DNA of 64,000 nt from Dendrobates tinctorius (taxonomy: Eukaryota), in NCBI RefSeq assembly GCF_039654945.1, contig NW_027361683.1, positions 11,842,001-11,906,000 on the forward strand, in the 5' to 3' direction. Positions 53,501-64,000 of the stretch are shown piece after piece. Below the pieces are notes generated by a model that saw nothing but the letters and a program-made list of their open reading frames with translations, ran no database searches and was not told where the DNA came from. A program made the translations under genes and the position numbers. Every line of letters starts with the position of its first letter. The first letter of the stretch is position 1.

Positions 53501-54146
53501 GGATAGTCCTGAGGCCGCTTCTAAGGTGCAAGTAATGTAAGGTTTCCGGATGCTCCATGGAGCCTGTTTTGCCCTCATCCAAGATGGAGACTGGTATTTT
53601 GCCCTGTCCATGAACTTCCTGTCAGTCCTGTAATTTAAGTCCATCTTGGTCAGGAGAGACTCCTTGCCTGAGTATTTTGTTGCGGGTGGCTTCTGAGCTT
53701 CCTCCCGACTTGTTTCTGGAGTTCCTACTGCTGCCCGTTTACTCTGTGCTCTGCCTCATCATTTCCAGCTGCCTTCAGTCCCCTGTGCTGCTTCCTGATC
53801 CTGGCTGTGCTTACCTTACCAGACTTCTAAAGAGTGGAGTTACACATCTCTGGAACTGTTGTGGTCCGTAAGACTTTTGATATTATTATGTTCTGATCAT
53901 TAACTCCTGGACTGTGTTTGTGCGGCCGCGGTGCTGGACTTTAGCGAGACTTTTTCATCCCTAAAGGAAGTACACTGGAAAACATTCTCCAAGTGGTTCA
54001 CTGTCTTCATATTACTGGACTTTCTTGAAAGGTATCGGCTTCACTGTTTGCGTATTACTGGACTACCAAGTATAAGTGCAGGTCGCACTGTTACTGCATA
54101 TAATTTCTGGACTTGCTTGCATTAGCGGTCACGCTCCACTGGCATA

Positions 54147-54476
54147 CAGTGCCTTGCGAAAGTAATCATCATTAGTCATTTAGGACAACATTGGATCATT
54201 CAGAGATCCACAATGAACTTCTGGAATGAGTTTGTTGCACTGAAAGTAAAGGGGCAGAATAATATTAATAATTAATATTGCGCGCCCCACTTTTCAGTTT
54301 TTGAATTTCCACAAAAATTTAAAATAACCAATAAATTTCATTCAACTTCAAAATTGTGTCCCACTTGTTGTTGATTCTTCACCAAAACTTTACATTTGGT
54401 ATCTTTATGTTTGAAGCATGATACGTGGGAAAAGGTTGAAAAGTTCCAGGGGGCCGAATACTTTTGCAAGGCACTG
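54147..54476. mobile_element. Internally deleted Tc1-type element in the Gypsy 3' LTR
   Basis: TA-CAGTGCCTTGCGAAAGTA...TACTTTTGCAAGGCACTG-TA. The 5' LTR has an empty TA site (GCATAGCTGC). Confidence 0.9.
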
Positions 54477-55689
54477 TAGCTGCTGAACATTTCCGTTTTG
54501 TGCTGTTTTGGCACTTTGCTGTAATTTCATTAATTCCTCTGTTAGTTTATATTTACTTTTGCTTTGTTAATACAGTTTGTTTGTCTCAACTTTGGTCTCA
54601 GATTTGTTTATCCCACGCAATCAGATTCCATAGTACCTTCATATATATTGCAATGTTGCACCATTGCGTCATGATTTATATGATATACTGTTACAATATG
54701 TCATATACTGCTGACATACGCAGCACCACAGTAGGTGGGCAGAATGCCTGGGTGCAAAATCCGTGTCTGAGGTTGAAACCACTGGCCCTTCCCCTGTTTT
54801 ACGTCCTTCCCAATCTGCTGTCCAAGAAGCAGACGCTGATGCTTCTTGCCCACAACCTGCAGTTGCACATACAGTAACAACATTCAGCAATGGTGTCCAC
54901 CTTTTTGGTCTCAGCGCAGTGATCAGTTTTCCCTTTTCAGCATATGTCTCTTCCCAAATTATTAGTTAGATAGGGTATACATATTCATTGGTAACTTACT
55001 GTACATTGTCCGATGCTAGACAAATACCATTCCTGGCTTTTCCAGGCTTCTAAATGAGACTTGTGTCGCTTTAGTAAACTGTTGTTTCCTTTAAATTTTC
55101 TAAATTTAGGTGAAAAAAAAAATATAGTGGTGGGGTATTGCCCAGTTTCTGTACATTTTAAGCTTGTCTAAGAGACTGGGTTAATACACTCCACAGACCT
55201 ATTCAGGCCGCAGCTTTACACATATTGGAACATGGTAATTGCCACGCTAAAGCCTTTACCTGTGCTCTGTAGCATTGCCTGTCACCTGAGCAATACACCC
55301 CACAGACATCGTCACTCTCTGCAACATATTGTGTAATTACTTCGTTGTTGCTCAAAACCATACAAAAGATACATTCTGCCTGGATGGGTAGTTTCCAGAA
55401 GAAGTGCTTAGTCTTGTACAGATTGGTCAATGGCACTCCTGTCTCTTTTCCTTGAAGAGGCTACTTCCAAGTAAAAAGAGGCTTGTACATGTTCCTGACA
55501 TGGGTTTCAGGCCTCAAAGACTGACCACATTACAAGCCCTCACTTGCATACACTGTATTCAGAATTTAATTCTAATGGTTTTGGTGTCTGGTAGAATCCA
55601 GTTTACTGACATTGATCATACAGTTCCCCCAACTCCTGTATTATATTCACCTTACAGCAGCTTCACCCGCTATGACAGTGGCTCCATCA

Positions 55690-56070
55690 GGATCCGGTGG
55701 CCAAAATGAACGTGGAAAAGAGAAAGCAGTTTGAAAAAAAAATGCAATGGAGGAAGCATGACCATGTTCATCAAAGACCTTTGGAAATGCAAATCGGAAG
55801 GCTTCTAGGTCCATGGTCACAGTATCCCCTCTCTCCCACAAGGGGTTAATACATGCTAGGGCTTCTCCTGCAAGGGACATCAAAAATCCCACTTTAACCT
55901 GATCAGAAGGAAAATGATGAGCCAAAAAGTTCATAGTGCAAGGTGCACTGGTAAAGAATCCACAGCACAGTGTAGGGTTTCCATTGTGGAGTGGATAAAT
56001 GAAGATTAACTCCAGAAGCAATGGTTGCAGGCAGAGTAGACTCAGCCATAGCTTCCGTAAATTGAGCTGG
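55690..56070 (-). pseudogene. Gypsy (sushi-type) gag fragment
   Basis: HHFPSDQVKVGFLMSLAGEALACINPLWERGD...FPKVFDEHG is similar to the gag relic at 49469-50017. Confidence 0.75.
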
Positions 56071-57747
56071 AGTTTTTTCTTTCAAATGTCCAAATATTTT
56101 TTCACCAGTTAAATAAAAAAAAAAAAACATATTTGGTATCTGCATATGGTACAGACCTGGAGAACCATATTGCCGGATCAGTTTTATTATATAGTGATCA
56201 AGTAAAAAAGATAAATAAATAATTGTGGAATTGCACTTGTTTGCAATCATGCCGCACTTGATAAAAAAAAATGATGCCATTCAAAATTACTTGTCTCCCC
56301 GCAAAAAGAAAGCTCTCCTATGGCTATATTGACAGAAAATTAAAAAAAAGATGACTGTTGGAAGAAGGGGGAGAAAAAAGGAAAACAAAAACATAAAATC
56401 GCACAAGGACAAGGGGTCAAGCTGTGTACTGAGATTCCAGATTCACTACTTAAAACTATTCTACCATCATTAATCTATCAAGGTCAAGTGTAGTTGTTAA
56501 GAAACAATTTTTAGTGGACAGTGCACATCATTTTATTAACATTACTAACACTCTGAAGTGCCATGAAATGCCTTCTCTGTTCCTTTCTTTGGATGTGGAG
56601 AAAAACATTGACTTTTTTCTGCTTATCTCCTGAATTCACATTTCCCTTCTAAATTCTTCTCTATTTCTAATGGTACAAGACAGTAGAGCCCCCATCTCCT
56701 GTTTTTTATCCCTTGTCATAAAGCCCCTGGCTGAGATCATACTCTTATGAAAAGATCTGCATGGTATCTTGATTGGTGACACTGTGCACAAGTTTGGGCT
56801 GTTTGCACTCTTTTCCAGCTGTATTGTACAACAAGTCCAAAATGACCAAATCACAGGTGCCTGGTATGAAGATTCCTTGCAATATGACGACTGTACTACA
56901 GCAACAATTTCAATTCCTTTGAACTAAGAACATAAGCATTCACCTAACAAATCCATATTTCCATTTCCAGCTAATAAGAGCCCACTTTTGCGAACAATGG
57001 AAACATTTCTTATTGAATATCTTAAATTCAAAACTTGCAGTTGTAGAAATGCTTATAGTTCTTAAAATCCCATTCTTTTATGAGAAACTAGATGGAGGCC
57101 CGATGCGACAGTAATGTCACAATGAGGGCAGGCTTTGCAACGTTGTGCTCACCCACCTATCCACTCTCTCTTTCCCCATGTGCTGACCTCTCCCGTCTGT
57201 GCTCTCTTCTTTGACCTGTCTACCCCTTGTGCTATCCCCCTTTGTCTGCTGTCTCTCTCCTTCCTATGCTGTGTTCTCCCCTCATATGCTGTCCCGTTTG
57301 AGCTGTCTCCCCCTGTGCGATGTCTCTCTCACCCCTGTGTCTGACCGTGTACAGAACATACCACAGCTCCTGTATTAGGGAGGAAGTAAAAGACAATACT
57401 TTTGCAGAGGATACATTTTGTGAGGTAAAATATTGTTTAAAAACAGTCAGTGAAATATTTTACCTCACAAAATGAATCCTCTGTGATCCCCTGCTGTAAT
57501 GTCAGTATTGTCTTTTGCTTCCTCCCCTGCCCAGGAGATGTGGTATGCTCCATACACGGTCAGACACAGACAATTTTTACATTGAACTTTCGTTCATGGG
57601 AAAACCCCTTTAATGTGACCGGCTTCCTCTGCCTGTAGACACGTCATGCATCTGCTGTTGGGATCAGCCGAATGATTCACTGCGCCTGCATGGAATTCAC
57701 GAAGGCGCAGTGTGACAGTGTTCCACTGGTGGTACCGTGCAAGAGGC

Positions 57748-58140
57748 TGTGTGAGTGAGAGTGAATGTGTGTGCATGAGTGTGAGTGTGTGAGTGTGATA
57801 GTGAGTGTGAGAGTGAATGTGAGTGTGTGAGAGTGAGTGTGAGTGTGAGTGTGTGAGTGTGACTGAGTGTGAGAGTGTGAATGTTACTGTGAGAGTGTGA
57901 GAATGTGAGAGTGTGAGTGTGTGACTGTATATGTATGAGTGTGAGTGTGTGAGTGTGACTGACTGTGATAGTGTGAGTGTATGAGTGTGAGTGTGAATGT
58001 GTGAGTGTGAGAGTGAGTGTGAGAGTGTGAGAGTGTGAGAGTGTGACTGAGTATGAGAGTGTGAATCTGAATGTGTGTGAGTGTGACTGAGTGTGAGAGT
58101 GTGAATCTGTGTGTGAGTGTGAGTGAGTGTGTGAGCGTAA
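57748..58140. repeat. (GT/GAGT)n compound microsatellite
   Basis: Direct reading: GTGAGTGTGAGTGTGAGA... Confidence 0.95.
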
Positions 58141-59735
58141 GAGTTTCACTTTGTGTATTGAAGAACTGAAATAAATTTACATTTTCTTTTTTTTATGAAT
58201 GAGAATTCACAAACATTAATTATGCAAGTTGATATTTTCCAAGATGCAACAATTTTATGATCATGCTCCTATATTGAAAAAAAAAACTATACCGTTTTCA
58301 TTTCCACCTTATCTATTGCATATCACTAACAACATTGTGATAATATTCTCGATCATTGCTCTGTATATTATATTACAGCATTGAAGAAAAAACAACAAGG
58401 ACAAATACACAGTAATGCCATAAATAATGATACAGTACATCGGAACAATGACAAATGTGTTGGAGGAAGTAGAGATAACATACAAGATGAATTTTCATGA
58501 TTTATAAAAATGAATATCATTTTGCGTACCAATATTTATTACAGTAAATCTTCAATGAAACACTGATATTCAAATAAAAAGAAATTACTAGTTGGCACAG
58601 CTCACTTTTCCCATACTACATTCACATATAACCCATGTGATCACAACCCCTATTAAAGAGGTTGTCCACCTTAGGACAGGTTATCAATGTCTAATCAGAA
58701 TGTGTCCAACACCCGGCACCCCTGTCAATCAGCTGTTCTCCATGCTGGTGGCGGTGGCAGCTGGCCGGAAATGCTCAGTTACGGAGCTGCTCTATCTTTT
58801 TTGGTGGTTGCAGCCAGGTACAACACATCCCCTCCTATCCAAATTAATAAGAGGTGGATGTGTGATACCACTCTCAGAAGATGGGACAGCTCTGTAATTG
58901 AGCACTTCCAGTGGCCATCACCACCAACACCAAGAACTACTGATAGGCGGGAGTGTCAGACCCTGGCTGTGGACACACAGGGATCAACGAGTGCCCTGGT
59001 ACTCTAGCCAAAACCACATTGATCAGGGATCATCCCACTGAGCACACCCATTTCTCCATGGGCTTAATACTACTCAGACAACACAAGATAAGGGTAAAAC
59101 AGTATGTCAATACTTTATTGAACCACAAAACATCCAAAGAAAACACATAGAACAGTTACAGCACAATTCCCAAGATGGTGAAAATTGCAGAGTCTCACCT
59201 TTCCGCTGTCAGAACATTCAGGGTCGACTACCCCACCTGTGGCATGCACACAAAGAGAAGATAATGACAAGCTCAGGAAGATGACAGTCCATTGAGGTGC
59301 AAGGCCAATTGACTGGATAGTCAAAACCTGGCTTCTCCAAACATCTCCACGGAGCCTATTGACAAGTGGGTCCCATTCCTTGCTTTCACAAATGTATCTA
59401 TGGGGTTCAGATGACTGGTCAGTCCAAATATCAACTACCCCAAAAGTATTCATGATTCAGCGATGGTCAATTGAACAAATCTGTATTCTATCAGCTGGGT
59501 CATGGTCTCCTAAGCTGGCATCTTGTAGAATGACAAATCTGTGTCCCTCGTGATGGAGCCATGATGTCTTAACTCCTGTCCTGTAGAGAGTCTCTGGTTC
59601 TTTGAATGTTTGGATGTCTGGATGTATTTCTGTATCTGGAGGTGTCTGTTACAGAGGCACATATATCCTCTTTTTATAGTTAACAATTGTTTTCCAAGCC
59701 AGAATTCAGAGATAAAGGGGAAGAATAGTGACAAG

Positions 59736-59930
59736 ATAATAATAATAATAATTTTATTTATATAGTGCCGACATATTCCGGAGTGCTTTACATTTTAGAG
59801 GTGACTTGTACAGACGATAGACATAACAGCAAATCAGTAATGACATAGGTCATAACAGATACCAAGAGGAATGAGGGCCCTGCTCACAAGCTTACAATCT
59901 ATGAGGAAAAAAGGTAGACAGGAAAGGTGG
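59736..59930 (-). mobile_element. L2 3' end (UTR and tail)
   Basis: Reverse complement of the 510-700 and 61400-61568 L2 tails: (ATA)n...ATATTCCGGAGTGCTTTACA...GAGGGCCCTGCTCACAAGCTTACAATC. Confidence 0.8.
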
Positions 59931-60833
59931 GTGGTAGCAGTTGCCTTCAACAAGATCAGCTGGCATTGCTTAATTATTTAATCTATTTGGAAAGTTTTTC
60001 TTCCTCTGTTTTGAAAGTCAACAAGCTGGCTGGCCTGGATAATGTGCAATCAACATATCAGCCAACCTCATTGTTCAATTATCCTGCATCTCTAGTTATT
60101 CAGGAATTCAAATGTCAACATATACACGCATGGTCAAAACTGTTGGTATCCCTCGTTTAAAGACAGAAAGTCCCACAATGTTAACAGAAATAACTTGAAT
60201 CTGACAAAAGTAATACTACAGTAAATAAAAAATCTATGAAAATAAGCACATGAAAGTCAGCCATAGCTTTTCAACTATGCTTCCATAGATTTTTTAACCC
60301 CTTTCTGTCATGTGACGTACTATCCTGTCCATGTGCCCTGGGACTTAATTCCCAGGGATGGGATAGTATGTCATAGCGATCAGCGGCGCCCACGTGGTGA
60401 GCGCCGCTGATCGCGGCTGGGTGTCAGCTGATTATCACAGCTGACACCCGGCACAATGTGTCAGGGATGGTCACGGACCGCCCCCGACATGTTAACCCAT
60501 TGCACACCGCGATCAAACATGATCGCGGTGTACCAGGGGTTAAAGGGAAGCATTGGCAGGGAGGGGGCTCCCTCCGTGCTTCCCTGAGTCCCCACAGCAG
60601 CGCAATGTGCAGCGCTGCTGTGGGGGGCTCCATCCCTGCAGATGACAACGGGGACCTTCGGGGGCCTGCAGGGAGCTGGCTTCCTCAGTGCCTGCAAAGC
60701 GCAGGCATGAGGAAAGCCTGTACAGTGCCTGTGACAGATCGCTGATCTGTCGCAGTGATCTGTGATGTGACAGATCAGCGATCTGTCACATGACAGGTAT
60801 GTCCCCCCTGGGACAATGTAATAAAGATAAAAG

Positions 60834-61568
60834 TGGCCCCCCCGTCACTCGACTATCCCCTCTCCACTCCATGCTTAATGCAGCAGCCAGGGTTGTCAAT
60901 CTGGCTAATCGGTACTCGGACGTGTCCTCTCTTCGTCAGTCATTACACTGGCTGCCCATTCATTATAGGATCCAATTCAAAGTACTTGTTCTCACCCACA
61001 AAGCTCTCCACGGTGCAGCACCCCCCTACATCTCCTCCCCCATTTCTGTCTATCGGCCTAGCCGATCGCTGCGCTCTGCAAACGACTTTCGACTAACCTC
61101 TGCACTAATCCGTACCTCCCATTCCCGACTCCAAGACTTCTCCCGTGCTGCTCCTATCCTCTGGAATGCTCTTCCCCAAGAAATTAGGACTAACCACAAT
61201 TTGCACAGTTTTAGGCGCTCCCTCAAAACACATTTGTTCAGAGTGGCTTATCACGTTCGCTAATCAAAATCATTCTATGTGTAAGTGTGCGTGTGTAGCC
61301 CGTTCACTATATCCATCCATCCTTCACTCCCTCAAGATGGCTGGACCTTCATTGTAAATATACAATTGTAAATACACACCTGTACTTTGTATCTCCCTCA
61401 CGTCATTGTAGATTGTAAGCTCTCACGAGCAGGGTCGTCTTATTTTGCTTTATTTATTGTATTGTTAACGTTGTTACTTATGGCTTGTGTTTTGAAACTG
61501 TTAAACTGTAAAGCGCTGCGGAATATGTTGGAGCTATATAAATAAAGATTATTATTATTATTATTATT
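60834..61568 (+). mobile_element. 5'-truncated L2 LINE, with RT C-terminal frame open to 61263
   Basis: LNAAARVV...LHWLPIHYRIQFKVLVLTHKAL...APILWNALP...FRRSLKTHLF, then 3' UTR and (TTA)n tail. Inserted in an A-rich tract of the TTAA element. Confidence 0.92.
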
Positions 61569-62482
61569 AAAAAAAAAGAAAGTGTAAAAGTAATTTAAAA
61601 AAAATCGCTAAATAAATTAAAAAAATATATATATTCCCTAATAAATTCATTTTTTGGAAATAAAAAAACAAACAAACAATAAAAGTACATATATTTTGTA
61701 TCGCCGCGTCCGTAGCGATCCTCCCTAAAAAACTGTCCCACTTGTTAACCCCTTTAGTGAACCCCTTAAAAAATAAATATAAAAAACTAAGCAAAAAATA
61801 ATGATTTATTATCATACCGCCAAGCAAAAAGTGCAATAATGCGCGATCAAAAAGACGCATATAAATATCCATGGTAGGGCTGAAACTGTCATCTTGTCCT
61901 GTAAAAAACAAGCCATGATACAGCATCATCAGCAAAAAATTAAAAAAGTTATAGCTCGCAGAATAAAGCGATGCAAAAATAATAATTTTTTATATAAAAT
62001 TGTTTTCATTGCATAAAAGCGCCAAAACATAAAAAAAGAGATAAATGAGGTATCGCTGTAACCATACTGACCCGAAGACTAAAAGGGCTTTATCAATTTT
62101 ACCATACGCAGAATGGTGTTAAAAGCACCCCCCAAAAGAAATTCATGAAACGCTGGTTTTTGTTCATTCTGCGCCCCAAAAATCGGAATAAAAAGCGATC
62201 AAAAGATGTCACGTGGCCGAAAATGACACCAATAAAAACGTCAACTCGTCCCGCAAAAAATAAGACCTCACATGACTCGGTGGGTCTAAATATGAAAAAT
62301 TATAGCTCTCAATATGTGGTGATGCAAAAACTATTTTTATAATAAAAAGCGTATTTTAGCGTGTGACAGCTGCCAAAAATAAAAACCCGCTATAAATAGT
62401 AAATCAAACCCCCCGTTATCACCCCCTTAGTTAGGAAAAAATAATAAAATTAAAAGAAAATGTATTTATTTCCATTTTCCCA

Positions 62483-62583
62483 TTAGGGTTAGGGCTAGGG
62501 TTATGGCTAGGTTAGGGCTAGGGTTAGGGCTAGGGTTAGGGTTAGGGCTGGGATTAGGGTTAGGGGTGTGTTGGGGTTAGGGG
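62483..62583 (+). repeat. Degenerate interstitial (TTAGGG/CTAGGG)n tract
   Basis: TTAGGGTTAGGGCTAGGGTTATGGCTAGG... Confidence 0.85.
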
Positions 62584-63360
62584 TGGAGTTATAATTGGGG
62601 GGTTTCCACTGTTTGGGCACATCAGGTGCTCTCCAAATGCAACATGGCATCTGATCTAAATTCCAGCCAATTCTGCGTTGAAAAAGTCAAATGGTGCTCC
62701 TTCCCTTCCAAGCTCTGTGCCCCTGCCTCACCCCATGCCTTCTCATTCCCACTGCATGAGCGGCTTTGCTCTATCTTCATTCATGCTGGCACTTGCCTTC
62801 TGATGCAGGTTGTATGGGACAGACTTCTATCTCCCTTTTTGGGATGACTTTTCTTGTGCATATTTAAGCAATAGAGAACTATTTGCCATTTTCTTCTCTA
62901 TAGTCTCTGCAGTTTTGGGTCTATGATTTGGCCATGCAACTGAAGTACATTTAGATAACGGCTCATTGTACATGTTTTTCATTCTTGTTATTTATACATC
63001 TGTTCAACGCATATGTTATATGGGGTCTGTGCAGGGGTTTTCTACCACTATGGGTTATGGCTCTAACATGGTCGCACTTTCTGCGGTTTTAATTGTTTTT
63101 AATGCTTGCATTGTGTGTTTTTTGGTGCTTTAATAAAGGTTTATTGTACTTAAATTTTTGGTGATCCCTGAAATGCACATGCCTATTTTCTTTGTATATA
63201 GTGTCAGAGTTATTACCTCATAAAGGGACAGTGGTCAGAATTGTAAAAATTGGCCCGGTCATGAACGTGCAAACCACCCTTGGGGGTTAAGGGGTTAAAA
63301 ATAAAACTCATGAAATAGGCCTGGACAGAAACGATGGTTCCCCTGAAAATAATGTGACAA

Positions 63361-63639
63361 AAATTTAAGAAGGGACTGAAAGCTTTTCTTGAAAAGTATA
63401 ATATTACAGCGTATTTACACTAGTTTCCTTAATATTGCGTTGATCCAGGAAGCTAGTCTGATTGCCATATGTGGAGTCGGGAAGGATTTTTTTTCCCCAA
63501 TGTGAAGCTTACTGTTTGCCACATGGATTTTTTTTTGCCTTCCTCTGGATCAACATGTTAGGGCAAGTTAGGATAGGATATGGGTTGAACTAGATGGACT
63601 TAAAGTCTTCCTTCAACCTTAATAACTATGTTACTATGT
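63361..63639 (+). mobile_element. CR1 LINE 3' end
   Basis: FKKGLKAFL-like ORF2 end, followed by GGGTTGAACTAGATGGAC...TTCAACC hairpin and an (ACTATGTT)-type repeat tail. Splits the Tc1 remnant. Confidence 0.75.
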
Positions 63640-64000
63640 AAAAGGGACATCAAGGTGTGTCCATTAATTAGTATCGAAAGTGGTTACAATCTTGGAATCA
63701 GTGAGTGGGCCTGTATAGAGGGCTACAGAAACTCACAGAGAAAAAATTAAAAACAAAATCAGTGTGCAGAAAAATGCACAGGATGACATCACCACCTGGT
63801 GAGCCTCCCAGCAAACAAATTCACCAACTCCAATAAATTATGCCATAACAAGAGAAACTGGAGTACATGGTGACAGCAAGAAAAATACTTTTTGTATAAA
63901 AATATAAATGTTTATTTATGTATACAAAATATATAAATGATTGTACATAGTAAAACAGTGCACAAAGGAGCATACAAGCAAAACACAAGGGCCAACCCCT

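Larger units (their letters stand above)
41901..54652 (+). mobile_element. Gypsy (chromovirus/sushi-like) LTR retrotransposon, decayed
   Basis: 5' LTR 41901-49185 (interrupted) and 3' LTR 53536-54652, both TGTAAGGTTTCCGGATG...CATATATATT(A/G)CA. Perfect 5-bp TSD ATGTT. Gag-pol relic between the LTRs. Confidence 0.93.
60298..63294. mobile_element. TTAA-flanked non-autonomous (piggyBac-like) element
   Basis: TTAA-CCCCTTT...AAGGGG-TTAA. Splits the Tc1 remnant exactly at a TTAA. Confidence 0.8.
60125..63737 (+). mobile_element. 5' remnant of the second Tc1 family, split by later insertions
   Basis: 60125-60297, 63299-63360 and 63640-63737 are collinear with 38602-38932. Confidence 0.85.

Noticed and set aside
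57697-58149. His/Thr/Ser-rich 150-aa ORF
   Set aside because: It is a translation of a microsatellite.
62483-62583. True telomere or fusion site
   Set aside because: Short, degenerate, single orientation and inside a TE.

Overview
Repeat-saturated vertebrate DNA, most likely anuran (frog), inferred from the TE families present. No host gene exon could be called with confidence. The dominant feature is a complete 14.45-kb hAT DNA transposon (11732-26184) with 13-bp TIRs and a perfect 8-bp TSD CCCTTTTC. It contains a Pol II-like promoter, a 7.7-kb array of about 59 near-identical 129/130-bp repeats, a ~1177-codon BED-finger/DDE transposase broken by one stop, a 3' ~120-bp mini-array, and a degenerate ~470-bp antisense copy of 18S rRNA. 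Other features: a tandem ~401-bp Penelope-type repeat carrying type I hammerhead ribozymes (5.1-6.5 kb); a near-intact Tc1 element and two decayed ones; a second decayed hAT; three solo LTRs; and a decayed chromoviral Gypsy element (41901-54652). The 5' LTR of that Gypsy holds a nested stack of a TTAA MITE, a fold-back Penelope-like insert and a very young non-autonomous LTR element. L2/CR1 3' ends, several MITEs and simple repeats make up the rest. All family assignments rest on motif recognition by eye, not database searches.
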